Source: Podarcis liolepis
Taxonomy: Eukaryota
Length of the DNA stretch: 64,000 bases
Assembly: GCA_965112155.1 (NCBI GenBank)
Contig: OZ218098.1
Strand: one strand, 5' to 3'
The notes under the pieces are model-generated. The model had not been told where the DNA came from. It did no database searches and saw only the letters and a program-made list of their open reading frames with translations. The position numbers and the translations under genes were made by a program. Positions 56,372 through 64,000 of this stretch are shown piece after piece (position 1 is the stretch's first letter; each line of letters begins with the position of its first letter).

Positions 56372-59300
56372 CTGAGAACAAACATACAGCCTCAGGGTTA
56401 AAGGGGAAAAGCACACTTGTGTAATGCCCAATACAAACAAGATGCATGGGAATGCTTTCAGAAGGGCAAGCTGCTATCTTATAGCAGTGGTATATGCAAG
56501 TTCTTGGGTGTCTTCATGAGTAAAATGGCAAAACCCATTGTCACTTTTTTGAAGCATCAATCTGTGATGATCCGGGAGAAAAATTTGTGCTGGATAATCA
56601 TACAACAGGCCATATAATGTAGCGATACTTGAACATGTTTTTGAAAATGATACAAATTTAAATACTAAAGGAAGTTTTTAATACCTTGTGTTATACCAAC
56701 GCTGTGGCAAATGCGTACCAGTGCACCTGCCAGATATCTACATTTATTTTTGAAAGACGATAAGACGGCTTTTGAACTGCCTGTGTTGGAGTCAAGGACA
56801 TTTGACTTGTGGTGCAGAGCACCAGCCATAAAAGGAATAAACCCACAAGCAGTTTCTCACTTTCTTCTTTGCTTGAACAGATATGACTGTCCTCATGTGA
56901 AGTTCAGTATTACTGTTCTAATAAACTTTTGGTGTGGTCAAGTTTTTTCTGAACGTTAATCTTTAAAAATGTGTATTATTAGGAAGCAGTTGCTACTGCA
57001 GAGAAGCAAACTGGTATGAATAGGTGAAATTTGTGTCAGAGCTCACAAATATTTTCTATATGCATAATCCCCCCCCCCCCCGGTTCATAATGTACTACAC
57101 AATTCAAATAATGTACTACACAATTTAAAATTATTTATACCAATCTATTTTAAGTGTACAACTGTATGTTTAATGCTATAGGTTTTCTAAATGGTTCCCA
57201 GAGATTGCTATTAAAAATTAGCAAACCCCAAACTATCTGTTTGTAGACAGAGCCTTGCCTTGCCTATTTGCCAGAAAGCAGAAAATATCAATTTAAAGAA
57301 CTGCAAAAATTAGCTTATTTATTAATCCAGTGAACTAAAGAAGCAGCTATATCTAATTTAACATCAAATTACAAAATAATTTTCTGTAAATCAGAACAAA
57401 AATGTTAAGTGTTAAATAAATTCCATTCAAATAATCTAAACGCCATTTTTCTATTTTTCCTGGAACTACTTCAAGCCTGAATGATGATAAATGCTATAAA
57501 ATTTACTCAAAATTATATTATTTGGAAGAATAATATTTATCTACTATTTAGCTACACTTATTTTAACCTATTTTTAAAAGTTAAACATGCTAACTATATC
57601 CAATTAAAAATGGCAGTTACAGCTCCAAAGATACCATCTGCCAATAGTCAGATAAAAGTATTGTTAACATTCTGCAATAATAGAAGTGTTTTGAAATCTG
57701 AGTGTTATGCACAAAATTGCTCAGAAAAAAAAACATTTTCTATCAAAGAGTTTAGAATCATGAATAGCAACAATTAATGTATAAATGCCATGTTAGCAGA
57801 TATCTTTACATATTCATTTAAGATTATAAGATATGAAGTTGGAACTTGTACAAAAGAGGGCCAGGAGCCAAATGTGCTTGTGTATATGTTGCAGATTTTT
57901 CTTTCCATATATCATTCTTCAATGCTGCATAAAAATATGTTCCAGAAAATCACCCCATCTTCAAAGCAACATTGGGGGCTACAGGAGGGGAGAAAATCAC
58001 TGCTGCTCATGCAGCTCCTTGGACACTCATCCAGGAATCAAATTGTTCTGAATGAAAGCATAAACTGGCTTATCTGATCATCAACATAGAAAAGTTTATT
58101 CCCTCATTCAGATGGGATATGAATGGTGTATGCAATAGAAAAGTGAGAAAGAGGTACTGAACAAAAAGTCCTTGTTCATTCAGTGACCTGTTTCATAACA
58201 TTTCGTTCCTTTTCACGGTGTATTTTTAAAATGTGATGTAATTTTAAAAGGTATTATGGGACAATTTCTCCTGCTTATTTCCATTATGGAAGCCCTTCAA
58301 GCTTCTGATCAAATGCCATTCACATTGATATGGATGTATTTTTTTTCTGACCATGATGCGTATGCCTTATACAAATATGCTATAGTGAGTAAACGTCTGC
58401 TTAAGCTTTTTTCTGTAGTTATTCCACAAGCACATCCATGGTACACTGAGGATTCCAATCACTGAGGTTTTTTCACTGCTTTAGTGACCTCGTTGCATTG
58501 TTATATGTGTGGTGTTCTTTCTGTTGCCCGCATTTAGCTTCCTTGTAAAATAAATTTCCACGAGGAAAGAAAAAAGTGATGTGAACCTAAAACTCTGCAA
58601 AATTCAACAAATACTTACCTCAACAAACATAAAATAAACAAAGAACAGCTTAAGATATAAGGTGCCAATAGTGATAGCCATTTCACACATTGTTTTTATA
58701 AAACGAACATTAGATCTATGTTTTCCATGAAGTTTGATTTGGTACCAAAATCATGTGGAAAAAAATGAATGAAAAGTGTCACTGCAAATGTGAAGTTGTC
58801 AGATGGACTCGTGATCACTTAGCAGCAGTTACATTTTTAGCTGAGGTAATAATTCATTTGCAAGCAGGTATGCAAGGAAATTTCAGGTACATAGTATTCA
58901 GACGAATGCCAATGCAGCATTTTATGTTATAGGCAACATTTACTACAATAAAAGGTTTAGCGTTTTACATACACCTATGAATCAGGAATCTAACACAGTG
59001 GCATTTCATTGAGGTTTATGAGGGAGCACTCACAGGGGCAAACATTTGGATCAGATCGCAACATTCAACAGCATTTTGTTTCAGAGCAACTTGGGATGAT
59101 GAGCAGTATTCCTACACTACCTAAATGATTTTCTTTCTAAGTTGCCCTCGTAAAATAACTTTCACCAGGAGGGATGGGAGGTGGGTATGTCAACTATGAA
59201 TATCACTGGCCATGGTACTTCTGGTATGTTAAGTTGAGAATGGGAGGGACTGTGCTTCTGTTCCTATGTGACCAATCAGTTCTGAAAGGTACTCTGCTCC

Positions 59301-60624
59301 ATGGAATTTATGCTACAGGGTTCAAAAAATATCCATCTTGAGTTCCTTGCTGTGTAATGTGCGTCTGAAATGACAGAGAGGTCACCTGCAGACCTGTTCT
59401 GAATTGCCATCAGTATTAACATTTGACACACGGATTCTCTTTCCATCTACATCAAAATGGACTACAGAAGCTCTGAACATGTGTTTGAAATTGGGGAAGA
59501 GGTTGGAAAAATAAAGATAGACCTTCTGATTAGCTTTAATCAGGTGAAAGGTTAAACGTTCTTTTTGTCAGAGTGGTCAACCAGACACTTGAGAGAATCC
59601 CACCAGAATGGCATGAGGCCAACAGCCCACCACACCTCTTGCTGGTACCCAGGAACTGGTAGCGAGAAACACTGCAAAGTAAGACTGAAGTACTGCTGGC
59701 TGGTGATGTAGTTCAGCAAGAAAGGATTTGGACAGTTCTTGGTGGGCTTGCATTCACCCTAAAGGATTGGGTTTGCAGCCTGGTGTTCTTAGGTCTGGTT
59801 TTGCAGATAACTTGAGAACCCTTCATGGCTCATAGCACCATTTAAGCAACCTCACTTGGTACACAAGCCGTGGTCATTTCTTTAAAAAAAAACAAGCTCT
59901 GAGCAGAGTTATGTTATGCATGCCTCGATAACCTCCAGATTAGATCAGTGCTATTTGCTTTAAGTGAGATATCCTTTCAAGATCACCCAGAAACTTCAAA
60001 TAATTTAGAACAAAGTGGCAAGTCTTACCTAGAACTGATAAGACTGATAGAAGGAACATTCTCAACAGCACTTAAAGAGGTTTCCTGTCTTCCAATTTGT
60101 TTCTAGGCACAATTCATGATGCTGGCTCTGATTAAAGAGCTCTAAAGCATTGGCTTGGGCCAGGTTAGCTGAAAAACCGCCTATTCCCTAACAAACATGC
60201 CCAGTTATTGTCTTCACAGGTTCTACTAAGCATGGCCCTACCTTTGAGTAGGGTAACAAAGGCTGGTGCCTTCTGGCTCATTGCACCATCTGTAGAGCTC
60301 CCTCTAATGTCCATTTGCTTAGTACCCTCCTTTGACCACTTTCAAGATGTACACCCTTTATTACCTTTGTGTTCACGGCTGTCTTAAAACTGCTTTGAGA
60401 GATGGCTAAAATTGCTAACCCCCATCACCCCAATTGCCGACAGTTATGTTTTGACAATGGACTGAATTATTTATTTACGTGAATTTCAATTCCCTTGGAA
60501 GCTGCCTCAAATCAAAGCTGAGAGCTAAAGCACTAACATTTTTAAAGTAAATTAATGTAGGACTCTTCCTTATGTAAAAAATGTTACTGTTGGAAGTTTT
60601 ACATACAATGTTCTTATGAGACTA

Positions 60625-60878
60625 CAGTGGTACCTCGGGATGCGAACGGGATCCGTTCCGGAGCCCCGTTCGCATCCAGAAGGAAACGTAACTAGCAATG
60701 GCTCATCTGCACACGTGCATGTCGCTTTTTGCCGCTTCTGCGCATGACGTCATTTTGAGCGTCTGTGCATGCGCGAGCGGCAAAACCCGGAAGTAACGTG
60801 CTTCGTTACTTCCGGGTTGCCGTGGAGCGCAACTCAAACGTGTTCAACATGAAGCATATTCAACCCAAGGTATGACTG
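60625..60878. mobile_element. Tigger/pogo-like MITE with internal hairpin
   Basis: TIRs cagtggtacctcggg / cccaaggtatgactg; TA TSD; internal inverted repeat aacccggaagtaacg..cgttacttccgggtt. Confidence 0.8.
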
Positions 60879-62971
60879 TATTGGTTTGTTTTCAACAGTC
60901 ACATAAAGACAAATTGTGCCTATACAGTGAGTATGTGACCCCAACAATTATCAGTTCATGAACTTATCTACACACACCTCATTCAACGTCCACCCAACCA
61001 TAAGGGCAACACAGTAAGACAGATGTTTCCTACCATGTGTTACAGAGCAACAGTTAGAAATTACAGGAACCTCCAGGTACAGAGTAAGCAAGGGATGTTT
61101 CCTATATAATTCTGCCATTTCCTCCCCATTGAATGTAGTATGCACATCTGAATGTATTCTATGCAAATCATAATGTACTGCTATCTCCTGCTTCTGCACC
61201 TCCAGAATTACCAACAGAAACTTTGGCCACCGGTTCCAAGTCACGAAATATCTAATTTAAACTAATGGACTGAAAACTCATGAAACTACTATAATACTGA
61301 GACGATAGTAAGGAACACTCTCTGAACTTGAACAGGGACTGAGTATGTAAAAACTCTCAAATATGCATTTGTATATAAAATTAATTACTGAATGCAAAAG
61401 GAAAAACTTCCTATAGTTACTATAGTTAGTCAGATATACAAGAGTATATGAGGTCAAAATGCACACACTCCCATAAGAAAATCATGTACCGTAACTACTT
61501 ACGAACTATGTTAAATCCATCAAGATTTTACACTACGCAGGTATGACAAAATATGACACTGAATTAGAGACAGTAATATATACATTTCTTGCATGTGAAG
61601 ACTTTATTGGGGAGATTCTTTTCAACTACTTAGCTCTCCAGCATGAGATTTTGGCTGACATTAGGAATTTACGATGCTCTTTTGAGATTTCAATAGCACA
61701 TCCAACAGAACTTAGCAGCAGAAAAGGTGCCACAACTGAAAGGGCTATTTTATGCAAATAGTACAAGCAGTGAAATAGTCTCTTTATACTGCACCCTAAC
61801 ACTGCGTATGAGCGTATACACTGTGTGTGTATGTATTGTGAGCATGCACCAATATTCAAATTCAAACTCTCAAGGGTCACCATACACACTTTGTTTTCCA
61901 GCTTATGCTACATACTCTCAATGTAATCCAAAGCAGAGCCATAGCTTCTCAGATAGCATGTTCAATTAATCAATTCTAAACTGATTATGGAAAGCCCTTT
62001 CCTCTGTTGTATGATTGACACCAACCCAGACTGATATAGATCTCTGCTCTGCAGTTTAATATAGATAATTTTATTTACTGTTTCAGATGATTTTTTAACT
62101 TTAGTATTGCCATTGTGTATTACATTGACTTTTACAGGACTGAGACTGCTGTGATAAAGGGCAGGTTATCAGTGCTTTAAATACATAGGCAAATGCTGAA
62201 TACGCCTGCAGTACCTAAAATCCTGGAAGTTAAAGGGACAATGGAACCTCGGAAGCCAAACGTAATCTGCTCTGGAAGGACGTTTGACTTCCGAAACATT
62301 CAAATTCAGAGATGCGGCTTCCAGCTAGGCTTTTTGCAGATCAGAAGTTGAATGTTCAGATTCCGAGGAATGTTTGAAAACCAGAACATTTACTTCTGGG
62401 CTTTTGACGTTCGGGAGCCAAAATGTTCGGGAATGAAGTGGTTTACAATGAAGGGAATGGAGTACTTTATTAGTATTTTGTCCAGCAAAGCTTTCAAGAC
62501 TGATGCTGGAAAGCAGCACTAATGGTTTAATTCAATCTGTTTAACAGAGAAACTGAAAAGTAATGGGAGTTCCTTTATGCCAACATATATCGTATTGTTC
62601 GGCATTACGTATATATTATTTCTTTGATTATTTCTTTCACAAATGTGCTAATAAAATTGATTTCAATGGGCAAGCCAACTTCCTTTTGAATAAAGTTTAT
62701 TCCTATGAATCCTATGAAACAAAAGCTGCACTTCTACAAGGCTTTTCGATGCATTACTTAGGCTGGTCAATTAAATTACTGCATTATGGCAGTAGTATAA
62801 GAGGAAGCATGCTATTAAATAAGATGGTTGAAAACAAACGTAAGACAGAAACAAGATGAAGTATGGGCTTCATATCTTCACTCAGAAGTATTGAGGCTTA
62901 ATTACATGTAAAGAATGAACTGACACTTGATGTCATCACAAGTTGACCAAACTTTCTAGTAACAGTACTTA

Positions 62972-63983
62972 CCGTAAATTTCGCTCCAAAACACGCACTT
63001 TTTTGCTCCGAGAAAGTAAGGGAAAATGCCTGTGCGTGTTAAGGAGCGAATGCACGGATCAGAGCCATGGCTGCCGTCATTCAGGCAAAGCGGGAGCCAC
63101 TTACACGCTCTACGAGGCTCTCACTTTGCTTTCTTTAAAGCGACCTGGAGCCAGGAAGGAGGGAGGGAAGGAGAGCCATAGCAGCAAAGCCGGCTGCCGC
63201 TTACACGGGAGGAGGGACAGACGCTAGCAAAGGTCTGCGCGCTCTCTAAACAGAGCAATGAGGCTGCAGAGAGACGGCAGGAAAGATAAAATTTAAGCAA
63301 CCAGCAGCAAAATAAAACCAACCTCGAGCGCAGTGAAAACCAGGAAGTAAAAAAAAAGGCTGGGGAGGGCATGAGGGAGAGGGGAAAACTTCGCAAATCC
63401 CACGCGTCTCAGCTGATCTGGAGCAGCTTGTTTTCAGGCAGGATAGATTTGAGCATTGTCTGGGTCCTAGTGCCCCTACCTCTTTTTTGTGCTCCATTCT
63501 ATTGCTGCTGGTGGCTGCTTATCATTCAGGCTGCAAGGAGGAGCACTTTTACACAGCTGCAATCCAAGTCCTCCTCACTTGCTCAAATCTATTCCGCCTC
63601 AAAACAAGGAGCGGAAGGAAAAGGCTGCAAACTGTTAAATGGGAAAAAAAACCCAGGCACAGGGCAAATACCTTAAGTATACCTTTAAAGCAACAGTGCT
63701 CTTTCCCTCCCTCCTCCCCGCGGAAAAGCTCCTTGTCCCTTGAGTTCTTTTCCTTCCCTCCCCACTTAAAACGTGGTTACAAAGCACGGATCCACATGGA
63801 TCCTCAGGATTTTTGCATTGGGCTACCCCAAACTCACTGTCAGATCACATGTCTGTGGCCACAGCATGAACCATAAAAATCATACATCCACTGTTTCATT
63901 TAGAATATTTTTTCCTCATTTTCCTCCTCTAAAAACTACATGCGTGTTATGGTCAGATGCGTGTTATAGAGCGAAAAATACGG
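62972..63983. mobile_element. Tc1/mariner-type non-autonomous element, about 1 kb
   Basis: TIRs ccgtaaatttcgctc / gagcgaaaaatacgg; TA TSD; right about 200 bp is the reverse complement of 25310-25510. Confidence 0.85.
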
Positions 63984-64000
63984 TAGATATGCTTGTGGTC

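Noticed and set aside
58611-58620. A fourth U1 copy (ATACTTACCT)
   Set aside because: Only 10 nt match and there is no PSE; it is better read as a minus-strand splice donor.

Overview
This is vertebrate genomic DNA, most likely from a squamate (lacertid-type) lizard, judging by its Sauria SINEs, tRNA-Lys/CR1-tail SINEs, Rex1/Babar fragment and Penelope-type fragment. The window covers the conserved RPS6KL1-DLST-PROX2-YLPM1 block. It contains the last six coding exons of RPS6KL1 (+), the complete 15-exon DLST gene (-, 460 aa) with its CpG-island promoter, the complete PROX2 CDS (+, 640 aa), and the last two coding exons plus 3'UTR of YLPM1 (-). The PROX2 first coding intron is a minor-spliceosome AT-AC intron with in-frame U2-type sites beside it, a possible twintron. 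Between the convergent 3' ends of PROX2 and YLPM1 lie three U1 snRNA genes (two tandem, one inverted) with near-identical Pol II snRNA promoters (GC box, octamer, SPH, PSE). Only the first 31 nt of each U1 are visible; the rest is N-masked. Introns carry many MITEs, SINEs and LINE fragments, including a MITE with tandem covarying hairpins and a MITE with a 26-nt templated insertion copied from 3.7 kb away. Most short ORFs in the supplied track are not genes. All splice models were derived by eye from splice signals, reading frame and recalled protein similarity; no searches were run.
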